The position numbers and the translations under genes were made by a program. DNA of 36,164 nucleotides from Candidatus Eiseniibacteriota bacterium (lineage in GTDB: Bacteria > Eisenbacteria > RBG-16-71-46). Where the stretch lies: assembly GCA_031364845.1 (NCBI GenBank), contig JANLWX010000060.1, positions 1 to 36,164 of the forward strand, given 5' to 3'. Each line of letters starts with the position of its first letter. The first letter of the stretch is position 1. Positions 7,206 to 16,128 of the stretch are shown here, in pieces. Under the pieces are notes generated by a model that ran no database searches, had not been told where the DNA came from, and worked only from the letters and a program-made list of their open reading frames with translations.

Positions 7206-8432
7206 ATGCCGCTCGTGAGCGCGCCCTCCGCCGCCGGCCGCACCCGCATCGACTACGAGGCGCTGCTGCGCGCCGTCGCCCGTGACTCGGACGCCGGAAT
7301 CCTCGTGCTCGATCCGAAGCGCCGCGTGCACACACTCAATCCTGCGGGTGAGCGGCTGCTGTCGGTGCGCGCGCCCGCGGTGCGCGGCAAGCCGGGTTCC
7401 ACGCTGCTGCGCACCGTGGTCGCGGGCGACGATCCGGTCGCCGACGCGTTCAAGGCCGCGCAACTCGAGCGCGACACCGTGCTCGTGAACGCCGACGGCG
7501 CCGAGATCCCGGTGGTGTTGCGCAGCGTGCGCTTCGGAAAACCTGCATGGGTCGTGATCATGCTGCGCGATCTCACGCAGATGCGCCGCATGCAGCATGA
7601 GCTGCGGCGCAACGAGCGCCTCGCCACACTCGGCCAGCTCTCGGCCGGCGTGGCGCACGAGATCCGCAATCCGCTCGCGGGCATCGGCACCAGCGCTCAG
7701 GTGCTGTTGCGCCGCTTCGAACCGCGCGACGATCGCGCGCGGTTCGTGCAGGTGATCCTCGATGAAGTCGGACGACTCGATCGCATCGTCACGAATCTGC
7801 TGCTGTAGGCGCGGCCGCGCACGCCGGAACTGAAGCCGGGCGATCTTCCGGCGTGCGTGGCGCGCGTGCGCGAGCTGACCACGGAAGCGGTCACCGCGCA
7901 GGGAATTCAGGTCGAGTGCGTGGTCGGATCGCGGCTCGGTCCGATCTGGCTCGACAACGATCTCGTCACACAGGTGGTGCTCAACGTGACGCTGAATGCG
8001 ATCCAGGCGATGCCGGCCGGTGGCACGCTGCGCTACGAGATCCGGCAGGTACGCCGCCGCCGCCCGCCGCGCGGGCCCGGACGGCGCGCGGACGATCCGT
8101 CGCGGCGTTCCAACGGCGAGCCGCGCAAAGCGCCGGCCGCGGCCGGTTGGATTCACTATCAGCAGGTGCGCGTGATCGACACCGGAGTCGGCATTCCCCG
8201 TCATGCGCTGTCCAAGATGTTCGATCCGTTCTTCACGACCCGGCCCGGCGGTACGGGGCTCGGTCTTTCGATCTGCCAGACCATCATGCAGGAGCACGGC
8301 AGCGCCATCGAGGTGGCGAGCCGCGAAGGGCGCGGCACCACCGTGCTCCTGAGCTTCCCCGTGGAGAAACGCCATGGCGAGAGACGCGAGTCCTCCCGGA
8401 ACCCGGACCCAGCACACGCTGCTCGTCGTTGA
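7206..8432 (+). pseudogene. PAS-HisKA-HATPase sensor kinase (FleS/AtoS/NtrB type) interrupted by an in-frame TAG at 7806-7808
   Basis: PAS-like N-terminus, H-box AGVAHEIRNPLAGI, then LLL*ARP; the same frame continues to N-box QVVLNVTLNAIQAM, DTGVGIP, FDPFFTT, GTGLGLSI. Confidence 0.85.
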
Positions 8433-9807
8433 CGACGAGCGGTCCCTGCGTTTCAGCATCGGAGAGTGGGCGCGCGACCTCGCGTTCCATGCGCTCGAGG
8501 CGTCGACCGGCGCCGAGGCGCTGGAGAAGGTGCGCGAGCACGCGGTCGACGTGGTGCTGCTCGACCTGAAGCTCGGCGAGGACGATGGCCTCGACGTGCT
8601 GAAGCGGCTGCGCGAGGAGGATCCCGGCCTGCCGGTGATCATGCTCACCGGCCACGGCACGGTGGAGCACGCGGTGAAGGCGACCCAGCTCGGCGCCTAT
8701 GACTTCATGCTCAAGCCGCCCAACCTCGATCATCTCGGCGTGATCGTGCACCGCGCGCTCGAACGCGCGCGGCTGCAGCGCGAGGTCGAGCACTGGCGCG
8801 CGGGCACCCAGGGTCAGACCACGTTGATCGGCGAGAGTGCTGCGCTCAAGAAGGTGCTCCAGCGTCTCGAGAAGGCGGCCAAGAGCGGAACCGCGACGGT
8901 GCTGATCCGCGGCGAGACCGGCGTGGGCAAGGAACTGATGGCGCGCCATCTCCACGAACACAGCGTGCGCGCGGGCGGTCCGCTGATCGAGGTCAACTGC
9001 AGCGCGATTCCCGAGCAACTGTTGGAGAGCGAACTCTACGGTCACGAGAAGGGCGCGTTCACCGACGCCAAGCGCTTCAAGAAGGGTCTGGTTGAGATGG
9101 CCGACGGGGGCACGCTGTTCCTCGACGAGATCGGGGAGATGGCGAGCCAGCTCCAGGCCAAGCTGCTGCGCGTGCTCGAGTCGCACACGTTCCGCCGCGT
9201 CGGCGGCAGCGACGACGTGACCGCCGACGTCCGCGTGGTCGCGGCCACGCACCGCGACCTGCCGAAGCTGGTCGCCGAGGGGCGCTTCCGCGAAGACCTC
9301 TACTTCCGTCTCAACGTGGTGCCGATCGAGATGCCGCCGCTGCGCGCGCGCACCGAGGACATTCCGCTCCTGGCGGAACACTTCATCGCGCGCTTCTGCG
9401 GCGAGCTCGGCCGTCCCGCGGCACATCTGCATCCTGCGGCCCTCGGGCTCATGATGTCCTACGCGTGGCCGGGCAACGTGCGCGAGTTGAAGAACGTGAT
9501 CGAGCGCATCGTGCTGCTCGAAGCGGATCAGGAGATTTTGCCAGACCATCTGCCGGCCGAGATGCTCGGTTCCGCCGCGCGCTCGGGTGGCGGTTCCGGC
9601 GTGAATCCGTTCCCGCCGGGTGAGGTCGTGCCGCTCGCCGAGATCGAGATGATGGCGATCCGTCACGCGCTCGACGTGTGCGATGGCAACAAGACGCGTG
9701 CGGCGGGCCGCCTCGGAATCTCCCGCCAGACGCTTCGAACCAAGCTCAAGGAGTTCGCGATCGACGACATCGCGGACGACGACGGCGAGGCCGACGACAC
9801 GAAGTAG
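8374..9807 (+). CDS. Sigma-54-dependent response regulator (REC-AAA+-Fis HTH; NtrC/FleR/AtoC family)
   Basis: [81 protein letters not shown]. Confidence 0.95.
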   Translation: MARDASPPGTRTQHTLLVVDDERSLRFSIGEWARDLAFHALEASTGAEALEKVREHAVDVVLLDLKLGEDDGLDVLKRLREEDPGLPVIMLTGHGTVEHAVKATQLGAYDFMLKPPNLDHLGVIVHRALERARLQREVEHWRAGTQGQTTLIGESAALKKVLQRLEKAAKSGTATVLIRGETGVGKELMARHLHEHSVRAGGPLIEVNCSAIPEQLLESELYGHEKGAFTDAKRFKKGLVEMADGGTLFLDEIGEMASQLQAKLLRVLESHTFRRVGGSDDVTADVRVVAATHRDLPKLVAEGRFREDLYFRLNVVPIEMPPLRARTEDIPLLAEHFIARFCGELGRPAAHLHPAALGLMMSYAWPGNVRELKNVIERIVLLEADQEILPDHLPAEMLGSAARSGGGSGVNPFPPGEVVPLAEIEMMAIRHALDVCDGNKTRAAGRLGISRQTLRTKLKEFAIDDIADDDGEADDTK

Positions 9808-10160
9808 CGCCGCGGCGAAGCGCGCCCCGCCGTCACCGGCGGCGGGGCCGATGATGCAGAGTGGTCCCGGCCGGATCCGCACGCCGCCATCGCCCGGATG
9901 GCCGACCAGAAACCCTCCGGGTGCCACCGCGGCCGCAACGAGGTTGGGCGGGCGATATGCACCCGCCCCACTTCGGTTTGCACGTCCGCCGGAGCGAAAT
10001 CCCACCTTCCGGCCGCCATCGCGGGCGCGCTGCTCCACCCCGCGCGCGCACCCAACTGACGCAGAATCAACGCCATGCCCCTGCCGCGCACCGGTTCACA
10101 CGAGGTCGCGCGGATTCGTGCCCGCGCCGTCGCGCCCGCGGCGTTGCGCCGTCGCACTCA

Positions 10161-10178
10161 CTGGCACGCAGACTGCAA
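10161..10178 (+). promoter_or_regulatory. Sigma-54 (-24/-12) promoter of the 10216-17205 operon
   Basis: CTGGCACGCAGACTGCAA: GG at 10163-64 and GC at 10175-76, matching TGGCACG-N4-TTGCW; about 350 nt of upstream intergenic space for an enhancer. Confidence 0.8.
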
Positions 10179-10215
10179 CCTGGGTTCCTCGTCGTTCACC
10201 TCCCAAGGAGCCCGC

Positions 10216-10617
10216 ATGCCACACATTCTGATCGTTGAAGACGAGCCCTCGACCTCCTGGGCGCTATCGGAGGGCCTGTCGGACGACGGCTTCACGATCG
10301 ACACGTTCCGCACCGGCGAGGACGCGTGGCTGTGGCTCCAGCAGGGAAAGAGTGACCTCGTGATCTCGGATCTGCGTCTGCCCGGAATGAGCGGGATCGA
10401 GCTCGCGCGCAAATTGCAGCGTGGCCCGCACGCGCAGCCGGTGATCCTGGTCACCGCCTATTCCGCCCCTGACGAGGCGGGCGCACTCGAGCGCGCGGGA
10501 ATCGTCGACTTTTTTGCGAAGCCGTTCCTGATCGATCAACTGCGTCAGTCGGTACAGCGCGCCCTCACCGGAGCGCCGCGCCGCAAGACGCGCAAGTCTC
10601 GTGGAGCCACCTCATGA
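10216..10617 (+). CDS. Single-domain response regulator (REC)
   Basis: ILIVEDE, LVISDLRLPGMSG, VILVTAY, FAKPF; AAGGAG SD. Confidence 0.9.
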   Translation: MPHILIVEDEPSTSWALSEGLSDDGFTIDTFRTGEDAWLWLQQGKSDLVISDLRLPGMSGIELARKLQRGPHAQPVILVTAYSAPDEAGALERAGIVDFFAKPFLIDQLRQSVQRALTGAPRRKTRKSRGATS

Positions 10618-10937
10618 AGGCCCAGCCCCGCCGCCGTACCGTTGCCGGTGCCCCGAAACTGACCCTGATCGAAACGCCGGCCCGTCAGCTGCTCGCGGCG
10701 GCGCTCGGCCGCTGCACCGAGCCGCAGCGAACGATGCTCGCACTGATGCTGGTCGAACGCCTGTCTTCGGCCGAGGCCGCCATCACGCTCGGCGTGACGG
10801 TCGGGCAGTTCGAACGCTCCTATCGCTCGCTGATCTCCGACCTGCGCCGTTCGATGGACCGCACCAACCGCAATCGCTGGCGCGCGGCCGCGACGCTCGT
10901 TCGCGAACACGTTTCGCGTCTGCGGAAGGCGTCATGA
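10614..10937 (+). CDS. Stand-alone sigma-70 region-4-like HTH protein
   Basis: ALGRCTEPQRTMLALMLVERLSSAEAAITLGVT...LISDLR aligns by eye with the FliA C-terminus (LDHLPEQERLVVALYYYEHMTLNEIGRALGIS...AMARLR); ATGA overlaps on both sides. Confidence 0.7.
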   Translation: MKAQPRRRTVAGAPKLTLIETPARQLLAAALGRCTEPQRTMLALMLVERLSSAEAAITLGVTVGQFERSYRSLISDLRRSMDRTNRNRWRAAATLVREHVSRLRKAS

Positions 10938-11206
10938 GCGCGGACCGCAACGTGTGGCTCACGCCGTCGGCCGATCCCGCGCGCGAGATTTCGCGCTCGG
11001 CGTCCGAACGGCAGTGGCAGATCGAAGCCGCGCTCGCGTCGCTGAACCAGGAGCAGGCGCGGCTCGACCGCCTCGGATTCGAAGTGCCGCTCGCGCGCTG
11101 CCATCAGCAGCGCCGGTTCTGGGAATTCGTCCGCGCGCTCGACGGCATGGGTGTGACGGGCACGGCGGGCAACTCCGGCATCGACTCAATCGGGCGGGCC
11201 GCGTGA
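10934..11206 (+). CDS. Hypothetical helical protein, 90 aa (MSADRNVWL...IGRAA)
   Basis: Fills the gap exactly, with ATGA and GTGA stop/start overlaps; coiled-coil-like sequence. Confidence 0.7.
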   Translation: MSADRNVWLTPSADPAREISRSASERQWQIEAALASLNQEQARLDRLGFEVPLARCHQQRRFWEFVRALDGMGVTGTAGNSGIDSIGRAA

Positions 11207-12123
11207 GCCGTCGCGACGACAAGACTTCGCGCCCGGCCGCCGAGGCGCGGGGCGCGCTCAAGCTCGTGGGCCACAAGGGCACTCCGTCCGAGCTCGACCG
11301 CATCACGCATCCCGCGCAGTGGCAGCGTTCGCACGTGCCGATGATCGCGGTCGCGAGCGGCAAGGGCGGCGTCGGCAAGAGCAACCTCGCCGCGAATCTC
11401 GCGGTGGCGCTCGGAGAATCGGGCGCGCGCGTGCTGCTGGTCGATGCGGATTTCGCGCAGGCGAACCTCGACCTTCTGCTCGGCGTGCATCCGCGGTGGG
11501 ATCTGCAGCACGTCCTGTCGGGCGAGAAGCAGCCCGAAGACATCGTGCTTCAGGCGGCGAAGAACGTGAAGCTGGTGCCGGCATCCTCCGGCGTTCCCGA
11601 TCTCGCCGAACTCGACGACTACCGCCGCGAGTTCCTGCTGCGCGCGCTCAGCCAGCTCGAAGGTGACGTCGATCTCGTGCTGCTGGATCTCGCCTCCGGC
11701 GTCTCCAACACCGTGACGTCGCTGTGCCACGCGGCGCACGAAGTGATCGTCGTGACCACTCCCGAGCTGCCGGCGTTCTCGGATGCCTACGCGCTCATCA
11801 AGCTTCTGCATCAGCAGGGCCGCATGCGCCCGCCGCACCTCGTCGTCAGCATGACGAGCCCCGAGGATGAGGCCGACGAGACTGCGCACCGCATCCGGCT
11901 CGTCGCGCGCCGCTTCCTGCAGCAGGAAGTCGAGTACCTCGGCTCGGTGCCGTTCGATCCCGCCGTGTCGCGGGCCGTGCGCCGTCAGGAACCTGTCGTC
12001 ACCGCCTTTCCCCAGTCTCCGGCCGCCGCGGCGTATCGCGGTCTGGCAGGACGGCTGTGGTCAGCCCCCGATCCCGATCCCAAGGTCCGCACCCCGCACG
12101 CCCCGCAGCGTCTCGAAGCCTGA
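11203..12123 (+). CDS. flhG: FlhG/FleN MinD-family ATPase
   Basis: IAVASGKGGVGKSN, VLLVDADFAQANLDLLLG, VIVVTTPELPAFSDAYALIK, AVRRQEP; immediately upstream of fliA. Confidence 0.85.
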   Translation: MSRRDDKTSRPAAEARGALKLVGHKGTPSELDRITHPAQWQRSHVPMIAVASGKGGVGKSNLAANLAVALGESGARVLLVDADFAQANLDLLLGVHPRWDLQHVLSGEKQPEDIVLQAAKNVKLVPASSGVPDLAELDDYRREFLLRALSQLEGDVDLVLLDLASGVSNTVTSLCHAAHEVIVVTTPELPAFSDAYALIKLLHQQGRMRPPHLVVSMTSPEDEADETAHRIRLVARRFLQQEVEYLGSVPFDPAVSRAVRRQEPVVTAFPQSPAAAAYRGLAGRLWSAPDPDPKVRTPHAPQRLEA

Positions 12124-12137
12124 ACAAGGAGCCCCGC

Positions 12138-12959
12138 ATGCCGCGTACCGCCACCGCCGCGCCCGTCCGTCGCACCCCGCCGCTTCGGATCACCCGCCGC
12201 ACGACGCCCGCTCCGGCGCCTGCGCCGAAGGCGATCACGTACACGAAGGACGAACTGGTGCGCCGTTTCGCGCCGCTCGTGCGCCACGTCGTCGAGCGCG
12301 TCGCCGCGACGCTGCCGAAGAACGTGGATCACGAGGACCTGTACTCGGCCGGCGTGCTCGGCCTGCTCGATGCGCATGCGAAGTTCGACTCGGGCAAGGG
12401 CGTGAAGTTCGAAACCTACGCGGTGTGGCGTATCAAGGGCGCGGTGCTCGACCAGCTGCGCTCGCTCGATTGGGTGTCGCGCTCCATGCGGCGCAAGGCG
12501 CGCAACCTCGACGGCATCACGCGCAAGCTCGACCAGAAGCTGGGCCGCGCGGCGTCCGAAGAGGAAGTCGCGCGCGAGATGAAGATGTCGACCGGCGACT
12601 TCTACCGCCTGCTCGACCATGTTCGCGGCGCGGTGCTGGTGTCGTTGGACGAGAGCCGTTCGGGCGAGGACCAGGAGCCGTCGACGCTCGGCGACCACCT
12701 TCCGGACCCGGGAGCGCTCGACGTCGAAGCGCGCCTCGAGGAAGAGCAGTCGCGGGTCGTGATCCTCCGCACGCTCGATCATCTTCCGGAGCAGGAACGC
12801 CTCGTGGTCGCGCTCTACTACTACGAACACATGACGCTGAACGAAATCGGCCGCGCGCTCGGCATCTCGGAGTCGCGGGTTTCGCAGGTGCACAGCCGCG
12901 CGATGGCGCGGCTGCGGCTGCGTCTGAACCGGTCGATCCATGGAGAGATGGCCGCGTGA
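12138..12959 (+). CDS. fliA: FliA/WhiG family RNA polymerase sigma-28 factor
   Basis: EDLYSAGVLGLLDA, FDSGKGVKFETYAVWRIKGAVLDQLRSLDWVSRSMR, LYYYEHMTLNEIGRALGISESRVSQVHSRA; AAGGAG SD. Confidence 0.95.
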   Translation: MPRTATAAPVRRTPPLRITRRTTPAPAPAPKAITYTKDELVRRFAPLVRHVVERVAATLPKNVDHEDLYSAGVLGLLDAHAKFDSGKGVKFETYAVWRIKGAVLDQLRSLDWVSRSMRRKARNLDGITRKLDQKLGRAASEEEVAREMKMSTGDFYRLLDHVRGAVLVSLDESRSGEDQEPSTLGDHLPDPGALDVEARLEEEQSRVVILRTLDHLPEQERLVVALYYYEHMTLNEIGRALGISESRVSQVHSRAMARLRLRLNRSIHGEMAA

Positions 12960-13351
12960 TGGCGGCAGAGCACGAGTCCGGCGCGGGCGCTCCGTCCGCG
13001 GCGGAGTTCCGTACGAGGATGCTCCAGTGTGCCGAGGAGATGGTGGCGGCCGGCGCCATGGCGAGCGCCGAGACGCTGCGAGAATCGGTCGAGACGTGGT
13101 GGCGTGAGCAGGATGCGTGGCAGCAGGAAGTCGCGCGCATGCTCGATGTCCATCACGAGATCAATAACGCGCTGGTCGGCGTACGCGGCCACGCACAGCT
13201 CCTGCTCCTCGGGCCCGCCGGTGGCGACCCGCGGGTGCGCGATCGCCTGGAGGTGATCATCCGTGAATCGGAACGCATCGAAAAAGCCGCGCAGCAGCTC
13301 CGCGAAATTCGCAGCCGTATCGTCGGCCCCGACGCGACGCGCGCCGCGTGA
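12959..13351 (+). CDS. Stand-alone HisKA/DHp-domain protein with no ATP-binding domain
   Basis: VHHEINNALVGVRGHAQLLL...RDRLEVIIRESERIEK is an H-box helical hairpin; TGATG overlap with fliA. Confidence 0.75.
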   Translation: MAAEHESGAGAPSAAEFRTRMLQCAEEMVAAGAMASAETLRESVETWWREQDAWQQEVARMLDVHHEINNALVGVRGHAQLLLLGPAGGDPRVRDRLEVIIRESERIEKAAQQLREIRSRIVGPDATRAA

Positions 13352-13358
13352 GCCGCAC

Positions 13359-14363
13359 GTGAAGAAGACCGCGCTCGCCGCGTCGGCCGTGAAGCGGACC
13401 GCGCAGGCCGAGCCGCTCGCTCCGGCCGAACCGGTGGTCGCGACGTCGCGGCGCGGGGACGCCGCCAATGCGAATTCGAGCGACCGCCGCCGCGCCTCGC
13501 GCTTTCTGTGGGCCGCGTGCGAATCGCTGCTGGCGGCCGCCTCCGAGCCGCGCTCGATGAACCGGGCGCTCGACATGATGAAGCAGGCGTTCGAATGCGA
13601 CGCCGTGTCGCTGCACGTGCTCGGCCCCTCGGGTGAGATCCAGCCGTGGAGCGCGCGCGGAGCGTGGCAGACGCGTGCCGGCGACCTGCGCGACTGCATG
13701 TCGGTTCCGCTGTTCCGCGGAGACGAGCGCGTCGGAACCCTGGACCTGCTCGCTTCGCCGGGCAAGAGCTGGCGCCCTGCGCAGCTCGGACTGATCCGCA
13801 CCGCGGCCGGCGCGATCGGTGCGGCGATCGGAACCCGGCTCGAGTTGCAGCGGCTGCGCAATCTTCCGGGACGCGATGCGCTCACCGGACTGCCGGACTC
13901 GCGCGCGTTCCAGAGCCGGCTCGCCGAGGAGTTGTCGCGCGCGCGCCGACACGCGGTGCCGGTGTCGGTGATCGTGCTCGATGTGGACCGGCTCGCCGAG
14001 ATCAACACCCGTTACGGCCGGCCGGCCGGTGACGCGGTGCTGGCCGAGACCGCGCTGGTGCTCAAGCTCGTGCTGCGCGAGTCGGACATCGTCGCGCGCA
14101 TGGAAGGGGACTCGTTCGGACTGCTGCTGCCCGAGACCGATCGCGATTCGGCGCTGCGCTGCGCGGAACGTGTGCGGCGCGCGCTCGAGGAACACCGCTT
14201 CGCCCGCGTCGGCCGCATCAGCGCGAGCGCCGGCGTGGCGGCGTGTCCGCCGGACGGCGTCGAGAACGTCGAACTGCTCGAAGCCGCAGAGAAGGCCGTG
14301 ACGCTCGCGAAGAAGGGCGGACGCCGCCGCGTCATGATCGCCACGCCGTCCGCGGTGCATTGA
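13359..14363 (+). CDS. GAF-like plus degenerate GGDEF-domain protein
   Basis: DALTGLPD, VLDVDRLAEINTRYGRPAGDAVL, RESDIVARMEGDSF, ISASAGVA; start uncertain (GTG 13359 chosen). Confidence 0.85.
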   Translation: MKKTALAASAVKRTAQAEPLAPAEPVVATSRRGDAANANSSDRRRASRFLWAACESLLAAASEPRSMNRALDMMKQAFECDAVSLHVLGPSGEIQPWSARGAWQTRAGDLRDCMSVPLFRGDERVGTLDLLASPGKSWRPAQLGLIRTAAGAIGAAIGTRLELQRLRNLPGRDALTGLPDSRAFQSRLAEELSRARRHAVPVSVIVLDVDRLAEINTRYGRPAGDAVLAETALVLKLVLRESDIVARMEGDSFGLLLPETDRDSALRCAERVRRALEEHRFARVGRISASAGVAACPPDGVENVELLEAAEKAVTLAKKGGRRRVMIATPSAVH

Positions 14364-14365
14364 TC

Positions 14366-16111
14366 ATGGCCGCCCCCGATCTCGATGCCGCGCTGCCGGG
14401 GCCTTCCGTCGCCGATCCGGACGATCGTCCCGCCCGGATTCTGGTCGTCGACGACGAGCCATCGGTAGCCGAGATCTTCCAGGAGTTCCTCACCGACCTC
14501 GGTCACGAGATCACCGTGGCCGCGTCCGGCGAAGAGGCGCAGCGTCTAATTCCCACGCTGCATCCCGACATCATCCTCACCGACATCAACCTGCCCGGAA
14601 TCTCGGGACTCGAGGTGATGCGGATCGCCAAGCGCCACGATCCCGAGACCGCGGTCATCGTGGTCACCGGTCACGCCTCGGCGGCGACCGCGATCGATGC
14701 GCTGCGGCAGGGCGCCTACGACTACATCACCAAGCCGTTCGATCTCGACGAAATGCATCAGATCGTCGAGCGCGGCCTTGCGAACCGGCGGCTCAAGTCG
14801 ATCAACCGGCGGCTGGTGGAAGAGCTGCGCCAGAAGAACGAGATCCTCCAGTGCCACGAGCACGAGTTGCGCGAGCGCGTCGCGAACGCCACCGCCCAGC
14901 TCAAGCGCCTCTACGACGTCGGCATGGAGGTGAGTGCCAACCTCGAACTCGCCCCGCGCCTCGGGATGATCTGCGAGAAGAGTGCAGAGCTGTGCGGTGC
15001 GGCCATGGCGGTCGTGTTCCTCAAGCAGCCTGAGCAGGACGACTGCTATGCCGCCGCCGCGCACGGGCTCGATCTCCCGGAGCTCGAGGAGGGGCAGGTG
15101 CACTGGCTCGGACGCGACAGCGTGATCACGCCCGCCGTCGCCGAGCGCCACACCGTCCGGCGCAACGTGCCCGCGGATGCGGACTCCGAGACGGTGTCCG
15201 GCATCGACGGCCTCGAGTTTCGTTCGCTGCTCGCCGCACCGATGGTCGCCGACGTCGAAGTGATCGGGGCGCTGGTGGTGTTCGATGCTCCGCGCGGCTT
15301 CAGCGACGATGACGAGAGTTTCCTCGAATTGTTCGCGTCGCAGACCGCGATCGCGGTCCGCAACTCGCAGCTGTTCGAGCACACGAAGAGCCTCGACCGG
15401 CTCAAGTCGGAGTTCGTCGCGGTCGTGTCGCACGAGATCCGCACGCCGCTCACGTCGATCAAGGGCGCGGTCGAGCTGCTCTCCGACGACCGCTACTTCG
15501 ACAACACCGGCCAGCAGGGCAAGCTGCTCGCTATCGCGAACGCGAACACCGAGCGGCTGCTGGTGTTGATCAACGACATTCTCGATTTCTCAAAGCTCGA
15601 ATCCGCTTCGCTGCGGTTGAACCTCGAGCCCCAGGCGCTCGAACCCGTGATCGAGCAGGTTGCAAGCGGCATGCGCACGCTGGTCGAGGAGCACAAGGTG
15701 CAGCTCGAACTGCGGCACTCGGAGCCGATTCCGGACATTCCACTCGACGCGGGACGCATCACGCAGGTGCTCACGAACCTCCTGTCGAACGCGATCAAGT
15801 TCTCACCGCCCGGCGGCATCATCGAGATCGCGACCGAACAGGTCGGCGACGAGATCCAGGTCTCGGTCCACGACCAGGGTGAAGGCATCGCGCCGCAGAA
15901 TCTCGCGAAGCTGTTCCGAAAGTTCTCGCAGATCGACTCGACCTCGACTCGCAGGGCCGGCGGGGCCGGCCTCGGGCTCGTGATCTGCAAGGGCATCGTC
16001 GAACAGCACGGCGGCAGGATCTGGGTCGAGAGCACGCCCGGCGAAGGCAGCACGTTCTACTTCTCGCTCCCGGTCGTGAGCCCGTCGAGCGATCTGGTGG
16101 GGCGCTCCTGA
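14366..16111 (+). CDS. Hybrid histidine kinase REC-coiled coil-GAF-HisKA-HATPase
   Basis: ILVVDDE, TDINLPG, YITKPF; KSEFVAVVSHEIRTPLTSI; QVLTNLLSNAIKFS, DQGEGI, GAGLGLVI, GSTFYFSLP. Confidence 0.95.
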   Translation: MAAPDLDAALPGPSVADPDDRPARILVVDDEPSVAEIFQEFLTDLGHEITVAASGEEAQRLIPTLHPDIILTDINLPGISGLEVMRIAKRHDPETAVIVVTGHASAATAIDALRQGAYDYITKPFDLDEMHQIVERGLANRRLKSINRRLVEELRQKNEILQCHEHELRERVANATAQLKRLYDVGMEVSANLELAPRLGMICEKSAELCGAAMAVVFLKQPEQDDCYAAAAHGLDLPELEEGQVHWLGRDSVITPAVAERHTVRRNVPADADSETVSGIDGLEFRSLLAAPMVADVEVIGALVVFDAPRGFSDDDESFLELFASQTAIAVRNSQLFEHTKSLDRLKSEFVAVVSHEIRTPLTSIKGAVELLSDDRYFDNTGQQGKLLAIANANTERLLVLINDILDFSKLESASLRLNLEPQALEPVIEQVASGMRTLVEEHKVQLELRHSEPIPDIPLDAGRITQVLTNLLSNAIKFSPPGGIIEIATEQVGDEIQVSVHDQGEGIAPQNLAKLFRKFSQIDSTSTRRAGGAGLGLVICKGIVEQHGGRIWVESTPGEGSTFYFSLPVVSPSSDLVGRS

Positions 16112-16128
16112 GCGCTCCGCGGGATCGC

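Noticed and set aside
7806..7808. Genome-wide TAG reassignment or pyrrolysine
   Set aside because: TAG ends several intact genes in this window at their expected C-termini, and no pyl genes are visible
10985..11032. RsiG-type c-di-GMP motif E-x3-S-x2-R-x3-Q-x3-D in the 10934 protein
   Set aside because: Only E, S and Q match (3 of 5); R is shifted by one and D is absent
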